Assembly: GCA_965153355.1 (NCBI GenBank)
Contig: OZ231126.1
Coordinates: 38,130,001-38,194,000, forward strand
Source: Flaccisagitta enflata
Taxonomy: Eukaryota
Reading direction: 5' to 3'
Length of the DNA stretch: 64,000 nucleotides
A model generated the notes under the pieces. The model saw only the letters and a list, made by a program, of their open reading frames with translations. It was not told where the DNA came from and did no database searches. Shown here in pieces: positions 13,700 through 28,289 of this stretch. The translations under genes and the position numbers were made by a program. Position 1 is the stretch's first letter. Each line of letters begins with the position of its first letter.

Positions 13700-14019
13700 C
13701 TGCCTTGATTATAGCTATCTAATCATAATTTTTGCCTCCGAAACTGGTTCATGCAGAAAAGACAACAGCTATGAATTTTAATTTTCTTCTATTTAAAAGC
13801 AGGAAAACTGTGTTTGGGCGGAAAATACAAATTTGAAATGGTAATGGCACAAGTAACGTGCGTGGAGATACTATCTCGTGATATGTAATTATATACCTCG
13901 CGGCAGAAGCGGCCAAGAGACGCCTGAATATGTTGTCAGAGTATGTGTCACTAATTGCATACATTACATTCTCAAAAAGATAAAAAAAAAAAAAAAAAAC
14001 CAGTAAACATCGAATTAGC

Positions 14020-16365
14020 CTATATCGATATGGCATCGGTATTTGATCTATCGGATGCATTGCATTCAGATTCCAAATCTGATTGAGTGGTCAAATCTCC
14101 GTGCAGGCGTCGGTTGTGCTCTTCGAGATGCGATTTTCGGGAGAAGGTTTTGTCGCAAAAATTGCACAAGTGTGATTTTAGACGAAAATGGACTTCTCGA
14201 ACGTGTTTTCCGAGTATCGCTTGAGAACTGCAACGCAGCCCGCACTGATTACACGCGAGTGACGTTTCTTTGGAATGAATTGACTTTTCATGGCTACGAA
14301 GGCCACTTATGAAAGAAAACGAATTGCCGCAAATATGGCAAATGTAGGGTTTCTTTTTGTCGTGAATAGCCTCAACGTGACATTGCAGATTTCGCTTCTG
14401 CGCATATGAATTAGGGCAATGGGCACATTGGAAGGGTCTTTGCTTTTCGTGGACTTCTTTTACATGCGTCGTTAAATGGCTGTTTTGTGAAAAAGATTGG
14501 TCGCATCGTTGACAGGCATGAGGTTTTTCTTTTAGATGAACGGATTTCATATGTAGCTTCAAATGTGCATTTTGTGCAAAATCTTGACCGCATTCTTCGC
14601 AACGAAATGCTTTTTCTTTGAGATGAAATACTCTCACGTGAAGCTTCATACTTTGCCTAAAATTAAATAGTTTTTCACAATGATCGCATTTCACCTTTTG
14701 TCGCTCGGTGTGAGCATCGTTGACGTGTTTTCGTAAGTCCGCTTCTGTTGGATAGGCTTTGCCGCAAGTTTGACATTTGAAAGGCCTTTCCGCGGAATGC
14801 ATTCGCTTCTCATGCTTCAGGAGCAATTCATGTCTGGCGAATGACTTGGTACATTTGTCGCAGTTGAAAATGAAGTTAGAGTGTGTCTTTTCATGAGCTA
14901 TGAGATTCGCGAGTGACTTCAAGTTCTGTTGGCATAAATCGCATTGGTATGTTGTTTCGCCTCCTTTGACTGGACCGCTTTGTTCTACTTTGATGTGATC
15001 AGTAGTAGTGTTGCCATTTCCATGGACTCTTCGGGTATGAATACGGAGAGTTGCCGAGTGTTTGAAAGCTTTGTGACAAAGTTTGCATTCAAAGGGTGTT
15101 TCCTCGAAATGAATAGCTCGCATATGATTCTTTAGAGGTTGGGCGGCAACTGCACAAAAATCACACAATGCACATTTAAAAGGTTTCTCGTTAGAGTGAG
15201 CTGTTATAATGTGATAATTTAGAGAGCTTGAATTGGCGTAAGTCATGTCGCATTCGCTACACGCGTGTTTTCTCTCGTCGTTGTTTTGTGCATTTGCGCT
15301 TTGATCGAGATGCTTTAGAGCGTGTTTTTGGAGCATTGTCTCCAAAAAGAAAGTTCTAGGACAGTGGGGGCAAGTGTGAGGTTTTTCTCCGAGATGCACC
15401 CGCCCTACGTGCACTTTCAAAAGTCTCTCAGTGATGAATGAGTGATTACACGAAGTGCATGTGTAATTTTTTTCTTTCAAATGAACTGATTTCTCATGAT
15501 ACTTTAAACTAGCAGCATTAGCGTAAACCTTCTTACACAGCCCACATGAATATGTCTTCTCGCGAAGGTGGACGGTTTTGGTATGCCCTATCAAATGGTA
15601 TTCCCTTTTGAACGCTTTTGCGCATAGCTCGCATTGAAATGTAAGTCCTGTCGGTGGGTTTGGTTCAACGTCACAATGTGTTTTCATGTGTCGTTTCAGA
15701 CTGTCTTTGTACCCAAAAGATTTCTTGCAAATTGGACACTCATGAGATTTTTCATTCCTATGGACAACCTTTTCGTGCTGTTTTGCATAAAAGCTGTCTC
15801 GAAATGCTTTATCGCAGTAGCTGCATTTTATTGTCTTTCCTTCGATCGCGCTGTGAGTTTTTTCATGAGTTCTCAACTCAGATTTAAATAGAAACTTGAA
15901 TCCGCATTGCATGCACCCGTAACGCTTTTCTTTCAGGTGGACAGATTTTATATGAGTTTGCATATTTCCATTTTGAGCGAATGTTTTCCCACATGTCGGG
16001 CATTTAAAAGGTTTTTCATCAGAGTGTGCGTCTTTCTTATGGCGTTGCAATTTTGATTCGTGTGGAAATGATTTGTCACATTCATCACAAGAAAAAGGTC
16101 TGCTTTTTAGATGGTTTATTCTGACGTGCATCCCAAGGCTGGACTTTTGGGCAAATGATTTGTCGCACTGACCACAGGCAAATCGCTCAGAGGCGACATG
16201 TTTTCGTTTATGGAGGTTGAGACCAGTCGAAGTTATGTAGGTATTTGAGCACAAATTGCAGGCGAATTTTCTCTCCCGTTCGTCATCGTCGCTTGAGGAG
16301 GAGGAATTGCTTTCTTTCGATTCATAACCGTCATCCACAAGTTCGGGGTTTCCAAATTCAGACAT
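14020..16365 (-). CDS. Intronless multi-C2H2 zinc-finger protein, 781 aa, 24 fingers
   Basis: Uninterrupted ORF. The first ATG is at 16365: the track's 16371 start is TTG, and an in-frame TAA lies at 16386-16384. I counted 24 C-x2-C-x12-H-x3/4-H units with EKPF-type linkers after a short acidic/Ser N-terminus. Confidence 0.95.
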   Translation of the reverse strand: MSEFGNPELVDDGYESKESNSSSSSDDDERERKFACNLCSNTYITSTGLNLHKRKHVASERFACGQCDKSFAQKSSLGMHVRINHLKSRPFSCDECDKSFPHESKLQRHKKDAHSDEKPFKCPTCGKTFAQNGNMQTHIKSVHLKEKRYGCMQCGFKFLFKSELRTHEKTHSAIEGKTIKCSYCDKAFRDSFYAKQHEKVVHRNEKSHECPICKKSFGYKDSLKRHMKTHCDVEPNPPTGLTFQCELCAKAFKREYHLIGHTKTVHLREKTYSCGLCKKVYANAASLKYHEKSVHLKEKNYTCTSCNHSFITERLLKVHVGRVHLGEKPHTCPHCPRTFFLETMLQKHALKHLDQSANAQNNDERKHACSECDMTYANSSSLNYHIITAHSNEKPFKCALCDFCAVAAQPLKNHMRAIHFEETPFECKLCHKAFKHSATLRIHTRRVHGNGNTTTDHIKVEQSGPVKGGETTYQCDLCQQNLKSLANLIAHEKTHSNFIFNCDKCTKSFARHELLLKHEKRMHSAERPFKCQTCGKAYPTEADLRKHVNDAHTERQKVKCDHCEKLFNFRQSMKLHVRVFHLKEKAFRCEECGQDFAQNAHLKLHMKSVHLKEKPHACQRCDQSFSQNSHLTTHVKEVHEKQRPFQCAHCPNSYAQKRNLQCHVEAIHDKKKPYICHICGNSFSFISGLRSHEKSIHSKETSLACNQCGLRCSSQAILGKHVREVHFRLKSHLCNFCDKTFSRKSHLEEHNRRLHGDLTTQSDLESECNASDRSNTDAISI

Positions 16366-16692
16366 CTCCAAAAGTGTCTCGCTTTATGAAATCGGCGACG
16401 AAGTCTTAAGGTTTACGGGCTTTCTTGTCAGCAGTAAGTGCAGTAGATGATTTTTTCAGAAAATATTGTCGCAATTCCACCGAAAAAGATAGTTTGATGT
16501 TGATATCAAGTGCGCCCGAAATTTATAGGTCGTCAGTCACCAAGCTTTCGTTAAAGCCACAAATCTTGTTTCATGCGGAATCGTGAATTGGAAGGCCGAC
16601 GGGTGACAAAAAATGACCTAGAGTTGGGGCTTAGAAGTCAATAGTCAATTGAGGTCCATTCCAGTCGGCTCGGCCTCGGCTTGGCTGGACAA

Positions 16693-16734
<42 letters not shown>

Positions 16735-16817
16735 GGCAAAAGAAGGCCTGATAGTTATAGGTAAACATTCTAATTGACTCATGATCTTTTTCGTCATCAC
16801 CAACATAGTCGTTTGAG

Positions 16818-17432
<615 letters not shown>

Positions 17433-17477
17433 AATTCTTTAATTCTTTCTTTCTTTAGTTTCTCCTTTAATCTTTCC

Positions 17478-18068
17478 TTTTTAGGTGCGCCATAGCACCT
17501 CTATAAGAGGCTCTGTCTGTTGGTCGGTCGGTTGGTTGGTCGGTAACGCTCGAGTTAATATCTCTAAAAGAGGCAAAAATTTCTGGAAATGATTCAGAAA
17601 TATGCGATGATGATTTTTAGTTTGCGCCATTGCACCCCTATCAGAGGCTCTGTACGTCCGTCCGTCCATCGGCCATGCTCGAATGAAAAATCGCTAAAAA
17701 TGATTGAAATCAATTGAAAGCTCATTTCATTCGTCATTGATGATACTGGTCATTTCATCCACTAAAGTAATCAGCTACGGTCAGGTCTGATAGAGCTGGG
17801 GATGGGTCTGGTAGAGCTGGGGATGGGTCTGGTAGAGCTGGTGATAGGTTGGATAGGTCTGATAGAGCTCAGGATAGGTCTGATAGAGCTAGGTATAGGT
17901 CTGAAAGAGCTAAGGATAGGTCTGATAGAGCTGGTGAAAGGTCGGATAGGTCTGTTAGAGCTAGGGATAGGTCTGATAGAGCTAGGGATAAGTTTGATGG
18001 AGCTAGGGATAGGCCTAAGAATTAATAACGCCCGGCGCACCGTCTTGGCCCGTGTATCCCGCCTTGTT
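17478..18068 (+). mobile_element. Family A variant(s) carrying a 21-bp minisatellite (gataggtctgatagagctagg)n
   Basis: Starts ttttaggtgcgccatagcacct plus GTCG repeats; minisatellite at about 17780-18015; ends ccgtgtatcccgccttgtt. Confidence 0.6.
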
Positions 18069-18642
18069 ATTCTATCTTTCTTTCCTCTTATACTTTGATA
18101 AATCTCTAAACAAAACTTGTTCATCTTTTATATTTTCCCATTCGATTTCTTCTCTGCTCCAACATGTCGGTTTTGCTGTCTGTCTGTCCATTTCTAGGTG
18201 GGCCAAAGCGCCCCTTTAACTGGCTGTGTCCGTCGGTTGGTCCGTTGCGTAGGTTGGACGACCAGGTAACGCATTCGTTTGACGATACACACGGCACACC
18301 TACTTGACCTATTTGGCCTTGTTATCATCTATTCTGTCATTCAGCCTTACAGTCTACCTGTCTCTCCTTTTCCCCTTTTGCCTTGTTGTTTGCCACTCAT
18401 GTCAACATGTCAAAGAACATTAGATACAGGAAACACGGTAGGTTCATCAACACATTCATGTTCTCTTCTCTACCTTGACTCGGGTCATTTGTTGATACCA
18501 GAAACAACACATTCGTTGATACTAAAGACAACACCACCGGGAAGACAAAAGAATTTGTTTGCTTTATTTCCAGGTTCATTTTCCATCAACACGCTTCACA
18601 GTCCAGATCAGAATCAAGAACACAGACACCTTTCTCTTCTAA

Positions 18643-18740
<98 letters not shown>

Positions 18741-19706
18741 CCTCAGTTCTTTATCAACCCCTCAAATCTGCCCTTTTCGCCCCTTTTCTCAACCCTAGGA
18801 TAGGCGACCCTAACCAGCGAAAGATGGAGTGATGCTGAGCGAGTAGATTTCGTTGAAAAAATAAACTTTCAGCTTTTTTAAAGTTACGTTTGTTTACTTT
18901 TTTGGAGAGAAGGTCGCTCTCAGATAAAAGAAAGCGAGTTAGAAGGTGTCCTCAAGGTATAAAATGTCAAAATCGGTGCAATTTCTGAGTTTTTGTCCTT
19001 GTATCATCCAAACGCGTTCACGTGAGTTTGTCAATCAAGCATTTCTATTTGATAGAGCGATTTATTCTTTACGAGTGTCCACGCACAACCATATATGATA
19101 GCATGCCCTACTGCCCGTCCAACACTCGGTAGCGTCAATCTGACAGTTACGAATTCGTTTTATCGTAACATTCATCGCATCTGTTGATTAGCTTTATCTT
19201 GCATTCAATCTTTTAAATTCCTCGATCCTCGCTATTATGTCAAAGTTCATGTTGCCCAGCCTTAACACAGTATCATTGGGTTTAGCTTTTGTAATTGTTG
19301 ACCACAAGTTATTGGGGTTTTTGGAGATCACTATACGGTGAGAAAGTCTGCAATATCAAAATGAATTGTCAGCAAACCAATAAGCCCACAATACACCAAC
19401 CACCCGATGGCCCAATACAAAGAGCATTCGACCTTGGGCATGAAACTTAGCTCTTTTTTTTTTTTTTTTTTTTATACACCAAATCGAAGACACTCTAGAT
19501 ATCATTCCCATGCATATTGGTCTTTTTTTTTATTCGGTTCGTTTGTCGGTCGGTCGTATCGATGATTTCTCCTAGTTTTGATGGAGTGAAGTGGATCAAA
19601 TCGATTTCCCCGAAGGCGCCGACAGAAGAAAAAAAAAGAGAGAATTTGATACACAATTCGTGTTTTTGAGTCTTCTTCTTGAGTCGTTGGCGTTGACACG
19701 ACGGAC

Positions 19707-19896
19707 GTCCATCGCTGATTCGTCGCAGAAGGTTGAACACGTTGAGATGAAATACTCTCTTTTGAAACAAGTGATGCCTTATCTATCCAGATATGGCAAT
19801 CAAAAGATGTCCATCGCTGATGCGTCGCAGAAGGCTTAACACGTTGAGATGAAATACTCTCTTTTGAGACAATTGAAGCCTAATCTATCCAGATAT
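19707..19896. repeat. Tandem duplication, ~102-bp period
   Basis: gtccatcgctgat.cgtcgcagaagg...tatccagatat is present twice. Confidence 0.85.
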
Positions 19897-22496
19897 ATAG
19901 GTGTATGAAAGTGATTGAGATGGCTCAGACATAATGTTTAGAAAGAGGACCAAGTTTAGCCAATGTTACCAACAAAATAGTTTTGAAAATTTGTACTTAT
20001 TTTATTTTTGGTCATTGACAGGGGGCTGGTCGAAATTCTAAATTTGCATAGGAAATGAAAAAAATGAAAAAACAAAGAACATAGTTCTCTTCCTAAATCG
20101 ATTACAGAGAGAACTATGTTTTTCAAAATGCAAAATTTCCCTGTGTTTGGCTTTCTTAGAATTTCGACCGCAGAAAATGAAAAATTGTCTTAGCAGAAAT
20201 TCACTAAAAACCATCATTTTCTTGCTTGTTTTCATGTGAATCGCATAGTTCAAATTACATTTTAAGTCAGAATATGGTAAAAATGTATGCACCAAGTGTC
20301 TTTAGAGACAATTTTTTCATTAAAAGCATTCCAGCTTCATTATCATCCTGATAATGATGCAAAAAGTATAGCGAAACACTTCATTTTTCTTCAAAAAATT
20401 TCCGTCTTAGCTTGTTGGGATGAAAAATTTCCTTGATTTGGACAAGTGAATACATTTTGGGATTTATGAAAGTTAGACAACATTACTACACAACCCCTAT
20501 ACTGCTTAAGGATGATAGCCCCCGGAGCCCCCAATGGTGCCCACAACTATTCTTAATAGTCAGTAACAACTAAGACCATCTTAGCATTACCATTAAATTA
20601 TTCAAAAGAACAATCCCATCAATAGAATAAATCAATAATTTTCCCCTGTTTGCTACAAGTGCCAATGACAAGGAGTACCAGATGAGTGCGCTGAATGGTA
20701 GAGGGGCATAATCCAAATATCTCTCGCATCCATCTGATCTTTCCATTGTAAAAAGCTCATGCAACCCACAGCCTAAAATCAGATCTTTTCTTCTGATTGA
20801 GATTATTCTCTCAAACATTCCATGTCAACCCAATACTATCTAGGAAATAGAAATCTTTCCTCACATTTCAATCTATATCTCTTTAGAGGTTAATCCGATT
20901 AAGCAAAAATACCAGGTGACAGAATTGAAGCTCTTCAGATTTGCAAGCGAGCTACACAAACCGCATCTTGCTATCTCATTGGGTTTAGAAGTTATCTCAC
21001 CTTTAACGAAAGACTTCCTTTTGGAGGTTTCTTGATTTGACTTAATTGTAAAGTGATCATTTCTATTCAAACATTCATAACTGTTTTTGATGAATTAACA
21101 AAAAATTGGTGGCCAAAATGCAAAGTTTTTGAAAAGGCATCTTTTCTGTTTTTGGCTGAACAAAATCGATCTAGCCGTTTAAAAGTTATGATCACTTAAA
21201 GATACAAAAAAGAAAAAAATTTTCATTGGGCAGAAAGTTTGAAACGCCAACACTCCAAAATACCAAAAGGTGCTCTACAAATTGCTTACCTAGCAAATGG
21301 CGGCCATAGTTGAGTCATAGGGAGCTCACACCAATTACTGATTGATTTTTAATCAACTTAAGTATGTTTATTAGTCTACAAATGAACTGTATTCAGATAG
21401 TACATAAAAGATTACAACATTCAACAGCTGCCTTATCGCCCATCTTTAAGTTTGTGGCAGAAGATTAAACACATTAAGATGAATCATATTTGATTAAGAC
21501 AATTAAACTTAATAAATGATTTTATTTTTGCCTCTGGTTCATCCCACCGTGCGTTCAATTTCAATGTACTGGTAGAACTCCTTGAGATGAACTACCTGAG
21601 CGGGTGAAAGTGGTTTGTCGAGGGTTAACGTAAGAAGTTCACGTTTTAATCATCCTTATAAAATGCGCGAAATGAAATAATATCTTCAGCCTTTCATCTG
21701 GTTATGTCCTGCTGTCTTTCGATATGGGCGTCGGTGTTTACAAAGTAATTAGATACAGGTTGAATTCATGTTTTTTTTGTGTTTTTTTGATCAGAGAAGG
21801 GTTACTTACCACTTTTCTTACGGCATGATAATGGCAAATTGTGGTCATCATATGAAAATTGTTTAATCCAAATGCTTACCATGCAAAGTCACATCCATTA
21901 TTCTACTCTTCCTCCATGGTTGGAGTAGTGATTGTATATCAAAATTTGACCTGACTATCCCTAAAACAGTATGTTCTTCTATATTTTTTCAAAGCCTTTC
22001 CAAACAATAATTCACCGTTGAATGATATCTACAAAACTAAATGTACCACTGGACTGTAGGCCTGAGCAAGAAGAAAGCTGGCCATTCGTTCCTCTGGCAG
22101 TACCATTTGATCTATCAGTCGTGTTTATAAATGAAAATGATACACGCGGAGAATGAAGGAGAGAGAGAGAGAGAGAGAAAGGGAAAGGGGGTGCGCGGCA
22201 AGGCAAGGAAGTGAGTCACATTTTTCTCGTGATTATATCGATTCATTTCTGTGCCCTCGATATTTAGCCATATCTGAGTTGTGTACACAAAAACAAGGCA
22301 ATAAGCGACAAACGATCCAGTTCTGTCCGATTCTGTCCATTAGAATCGAATACAAAAGAGTTTTTGAGTCAAGAAACGAGAAAAAAAGGAAGGGAAAAGA
22401 GACTGAAAAGGCTGGAAAGATAAGCAAAAGAAGAAAAACAAAGGCTCCTTGAAAAAACAAAAAAGAGGGTGAAAATAACGCCGGGACCTCATCATC

Positions 22497-22558
<62 letters not shown>

Positions 22559-22769
22559 CTATGACCGCCTCTAATTTTGTCAATCCCAGTGATTTCGGGA
22601 AGGAAAAAGAAAGAAGGGAAGAATGCGTCATTTCCTTAGATTTAGTGTTTTATATAGACACAAACAGACACGCTGTCACACACAATCAAATCCTAAAGGA
22701 GTGATCCCAAAATCATTGACTACAGCAACAAATCAATTTCTTCCCATAATCATCATCCTCATCATCACC

Positions 22770-22812
<43 letters not shown>

Positions 22813-23173
22813 CCTTCACCACCAGTATTACCATCACCATTATCATCACCATCACCACCACAATCACCATCACCGTCACCATCACCATCATCTTCATCAT
22901 CATCATCATCATCAATTTCATCAATATCATCAGTTTTATCAACATCATCCCCTCCACACTTGGCATGACCTGCAGCCGCAATGATATCACATGCAAGAAA
23001 TAGAGACTCTCCCTAATCCCTTAGAGCGAAATGAATTTAGCAAGGTTCGGCGCTAACGGGACAATAACGGACAGCATCTATACTCATTAAACTTCACCGG
23101 AGGCTATTGACAATTTGACTAATATAATGGACAGCACTTGCAGATGGCTGTGCCAGAGACTAGATAAAACATT

Positions 23174-23260
<87 letters not shown>

Positions 23261-24482
23261 TCATCATCATCATCATTCGTGTGTCATCCGCCTTATCTCC
23301 AAGTTTTGGCCCCAGAAATGCTCACTTTTTTCCCTTCTTATCGATCCATGCTTTAAGCAAGGAATTCCTTTTTGCTTTCACCCTCTTTTCTCATTTTTTT
23401 AAATTTTCATCACCAATTCCATTCACATACACGATACATACACCACACATCCTTTCTTTTACAAACAGTCGGTCTTCCTCATCGATTAACGGCTGCCAAA
23501 GTGATCTACTATGTACGCGAATTCAAAATGAAAAAAAGACGCTAATGGAAAATACATTCAATTTGTGTCAATCTGACATCTCTCTCTTATTTCGTGTCAA
23601 AATGGCATCGTTGATTGCATTGCCGTAGGCAAAAGATACGTTTTGACAAAATATAACTCACTCTAGAACATCAAAACCGGTAGAGGTACAGATCTGGAAT
23701 GAAAAACCTTTCAAATATATTTTTTTCCTTAATTCGTAGAATTATATTTTTCAGGTGTTTTCAATAAATATTGTCAAAAGAAGAGTCATGGGCCATTTTA
23801 ATTATCAGTAAAAATGTGAGATGGTTCTAATTGTTCGCCGCAAGTGCTTAACTCTCTTTTCGACTTAAATTGAAATGTAATTTCATCACGAAAAAGTGAT
23901 CTGACCTCCCACTTTTTCCCCCATGAATTCATGATTTACTTGCGTGTGTTTGGACAGATTTTCATTCGCAAGCAAGGTGCCCTCCCACCCCCACCCCTCA
24001 CTTGGACAACAAAAAAAGTATAAAGGAGGAATTTTCTTTCCTCACTGTAGACGGAGCATTTTAAGAACAATTACGAAACAAGGGGGATTCGTTTTCACCA
24101 TCTTTTTTGTTTTGGTGTGGGTTCTTTTTTTTCCATGGATTTTTTTAATGAAATGTTTTCTTACACTTCCTTAAAACGCTTTTTATTTCTCATTCGATGT
24201 TTTCATCTATTCTTTTTTTTCTTCCTTTTCGAATCCCATTTATTTCCTTACTCTTTCATTTTAGGTCATTTGATTAAAAACCTGACACTTTTTAAAAATT
24301 TGATGATTTTGATCATTTGATTATTTTTCCATTAAATTGATTTTTCATATTTGTCATTCATCTTCTCACTCTCAGTCATTCTTGCTCTTTTCCGATCTTC
24401 ACCGTGTTTTTTCTCTGGTTCTCTTTGTAATTGTTATCCATCCACATGAATTTCTCGTTCTCTGCGTTGTTCTTTCTTGTCT

Positions 24483-24578
<96 letters not shown>

Positions 24579-24674
24579 CCTTTCCATGACGATGTTTGGT
24601 TTGGTAAGATAAAGTTCTGTGATGCTATTTTTTCTTAATTCCGATCAAATTGCGTCAGTATCGAGGTTTCATAC

Positions 24675-24892
24675 AACAAGGCCAACGCGTTACAAGTCGC
24701 GTGCGGTCTTGAATACTAAAAGACTAAAAGACCAAAAGACCAAAAGACCAAGACAAAACAATTAAAAGCAGGAGCAGTAATGCAAAAAAACGCCCAAAAA
24801 CGCCGAAAAAAGCAAAGTGTTTCCGACCGACCGACCAACCGACGGACCGACGGACAGAGTGGGTCATAGAGTCGCGTGCACGCGACTAAAAA
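24675..24892 (-). mobile_element. Family A HINE-like copy
   Basis: aacaaggcc...agtcgcgtgc...(ccga)n...agtcgcgtgcacgcgactaaaa. Further copies at ~25957-26156, 30682-30907, 33325-33492, ~38780-38979, 39983-40196, 40737-40931, 44364-44700, 46795-46990, 60890-61272 and 61456-61693. Confidence 0.8.
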
Positions 24893-24995
24893 GTAGATCC
24901 CGCTTATGATACGAACGGTGATGAACTCGATGATAGTCCGCGATTCCGTGTGATCGTCCAGATACCATCATTCCAAGACGATGATGATGATGATG

Positions 24996-25081
<86 letters not shown>

Positions 25082-25183
25082 TTTTGGTTGATTGTGGTCT
25101 TAAGTCTTTGTAATCGCAGTTTTGACATCATTGCGGTTGATTTTGGTGTTTTTTTAAACCACTGGTACTAGTTGATCTATCAC

Positions 25184-25827
25184 ATATTGTTCCACTTTTC
25201 ATACTGCTCAGTACCTTGGATTAGAATGTCCGGTGGTCGCATTAAGCTTGACCTCGATTCTATCCTCTAAGGGTATGGTTTCTTAACAATGTTACCCTCG
25301 GGTGATTTGTTGAATTTTGGTTTAAAAGTAACAATCATTGCCCTAACTATTTTTGGTAAGCAGTTTGCTTTTGGGTTATATCTTTCAGATTTTATTTTAT
25401 GGAAAACTAGGAGTGGTGCGCGTATTAACTAGTCAGTGAGGGTTCACAAGGCCCTCTTCCATTTATTTCAGTTTGGGTATAGTGAGGGATATTGTTCCAC
25501 TTTTCATGCTACTCAGTACCTTGGATTAGAATGTCCGGTGGTCGCATTAAGCTTGACCTCGATTCTATCCTCTAAGGGTATGGTTTCTTAACAATGTTAC
25601 CCTCGGGTGATTTGTTGAATTTTGGTTTAAAAGTAACAATCATTGCCCTAACTATTTTTGGTAAGCAGTTTGCTTTTGGGTTAGATTGAGAAAAAATGTC
25701 TTTCAGATTTTATTTTATGGAAAACTAGGAGTGGTGCGCGTATTAACTAGTCAGTGAGGGTTCACAAGGCCCTCTTCCATTTATTTCAGTTTGGGTATAG
25801 TGAGGGATATTGTTCCACTTTTCATAC
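25184..25827. repeat. Near-identical tandem duplication (305 bp + 318 bp + start of a third unit)
   Basis: atattgttccacttttcat begins at 25184, 25489 and 25807. The copies differ mainly by a ~13-bp indel. Part of the unit has a diverged inverted relative at ~35590-35690. Confidence 0.9.
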
Positions 25828-27795
25828 GGGCCTTTTTCGGTGTTTTAATGATGGTTTTTAGTGCCACTGTGGCTAATTGCGATTTTGACGTGATTTGAAT
25901 AAACCCTATCAATTTTGTCCTTAATGTAGCTGATTCTAGATGACCAGAACATGTTGGTTTTTAGGCGCATGCTACGCGACTCTACACCCCGCTCTGTCCG
26001 TCCGTCCGTCCGTCGGATGGTTGATTGGCTGATCGGTCACATTTTACTTTTCTATGTTTTTTTTTATTCTTTGACCTCACTGCTCCTACCCAAATGCTCT
26101 ACTGACCTGCCCCGCCCACTCGCACGCAACTGGAATAGCACTGTATCCTGCCTTGATTAGAAGCATGAAATACAATCAGAATCCTGACTAGTCACCCAAG
26201 GATCGCACATGGTCAGCGGTATCCGATGCCCAGCTTGGAGTGATCAAGAGAAGTAGGGGAATGAGAGCAGGGCAGCGGCCCCAAAAGGCCGATGTCCTGT
26301 AGGACACATGGGTGAATTTCCAGACGTCCAGAGGGGAGATAAATTAGGTCAAAAAAGACTGATTGAGGTATTTGAAGGCGGATTTGAGGTTTGATGGCTG
26401 TCTTCAGGTCTGGAGGGCTGATCTGAGGCATGGGAGGAGTAATTTGATGGTTGGGAGGGGTAATTTGATGGCATGGAGGGGTAATTTGATGGCTTGGGGG
26501 GGCCAATTTGAGGGCTTGGAGGGCCAAAATCAGGCTTGAGAGAGCTGATTTCAGGCCCTTGATTCATCGGGGGAGAGGGGGACATATGGAAGGATGGAAA
26601 GACCGAAGGACAAACGTCTGGAAATTCACCCTTGTGTCCTACAGGACATCGACCCTTTGGGGTCGCTGCCCAAAAACCGCCATGACATTAATCTCAAAAG
26701 ATTAGTATCACTTACCGCAATTAGTAATTGGACTCCCTGGGCTCGCGGGCCGACATATTCTTTTTTTATGAAGGTATGATTGCAGTCTGCTGTCTGCAAT
26801 TTGCAGATAATGGATTATTTTCGGAGAGAATAGCAGCTTTTTTTTCCTTATTGAAGAAGAGTTCAGCCATTTTCGGATTGCTCTTTAGGATGTGGAAATA
26901 GCGGATCAGTACTAATCAATTATTTCAAGATCCATGTCAAAATCCAACTCTGATAAACAGACAGAAGCACTGCTACTTAACTCAAACGAGGCACAGGTCC
27001 ACCGCTGGAACAATTACACATTTACAGGGACGACCTCAGATAAGATCGCATTGACCTTTCAGTGGACCAATTATTACACACTCTTAGGTTAAACAATACA
27101 ACTCGCAGGTGAGGGACAAGGACAACGATGCTAGGACACAGCCAACGCTGATAAGAAAATGAAGTAACAGAAGATGAGATATGGCGAGATTGTAGTTGAC
27201 TCTAAATCCAAAACGAACGTGGATGATAGTGGTTTTCAAGGGGATTGTACTTGATCAAAGTTCCATGTCAGATGTGGTTGATCGTGGAAGATAGTGGTAT
27301 TGGGGTTGTTGTGTTTGATCTTGGTTTTGTAGTGACTGCAGTTGATCTTGGACGATAGCATTTGGTAGCTGTATGATTGAGACTGATAGTGGTTTCATAG
27401 CGATTGTGGCTGATCATAGATGACGGTGGTTTCAATGGTATAGTGGATTATCGTGGAAGATAAAAGCTTTGGCGTGAATGTAGTTGATTGTGGTTTCATT
27501 GTGAGTTTTGTTGGTCGTGGATGATAGTGGTTTCTGCGTACTTGTGGTTCATCGTTAATGTTTTGTCCAAACCGCAATTTCACAAGGAAGTTTGAAACTC
27601 AAAGACGCAACAAATCATCACGAAGTGGCGTTAGTCTTTGACTTGGCTGCCATCTCTCATCTGCTGTTTCTACTCTTCTTAGTATCTCCCTTTTCATCTT
27701 CAACCTCCTTCTCCATCACCTACCGTCAGTCAAACTCCTCCCCCACCTTCTCCATTTGATGGCCTGTATGTCTGCTCTCTCTCTCTCTCTCTCTC

Positions 27796-27841
<46 letters not shown>

Positions 27842-27877
27842 AGTCTCTCTCTCTCTCTGTCTCTCTATTTCTCTCTG

Positions 27878-27989
<112 letters not shown>

Positions 27990-28006
27990 TGTCTCTAAGT
28001 TTCTTT

Positions 28007-28100
<94 letters not shown>

Positions 28101-28289
28101 AAATCCCGGATATTTGTCACCTTGTTTTATCTCGTGAATCACGACTCACAAATCTGTTATATTTTCCGCCAGACAAATTTTTTGATCTTTTTTTTTTCTT
28201 GGACTTGGTAGTGAGAAGAATTAAGTGGACTTTTTACATCTGTATTCCAAATTGGAATGGATTTTTTTTCTTTTTTTTTATGCAAGGAT

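Noticed and set aside
14043-15891. Short plus-strand and alternative-frame ORFs overlapping the zinc-finger CDS
   Set aside because: Shadow ORFs of the real gene, with no independent support.
20570-21070. Two short minus-strand ORFs in non-repetitive sequence
   Set aside because: No recognisable motif, stops in all frames and no convincing splice sites. Possibly a decayed element.
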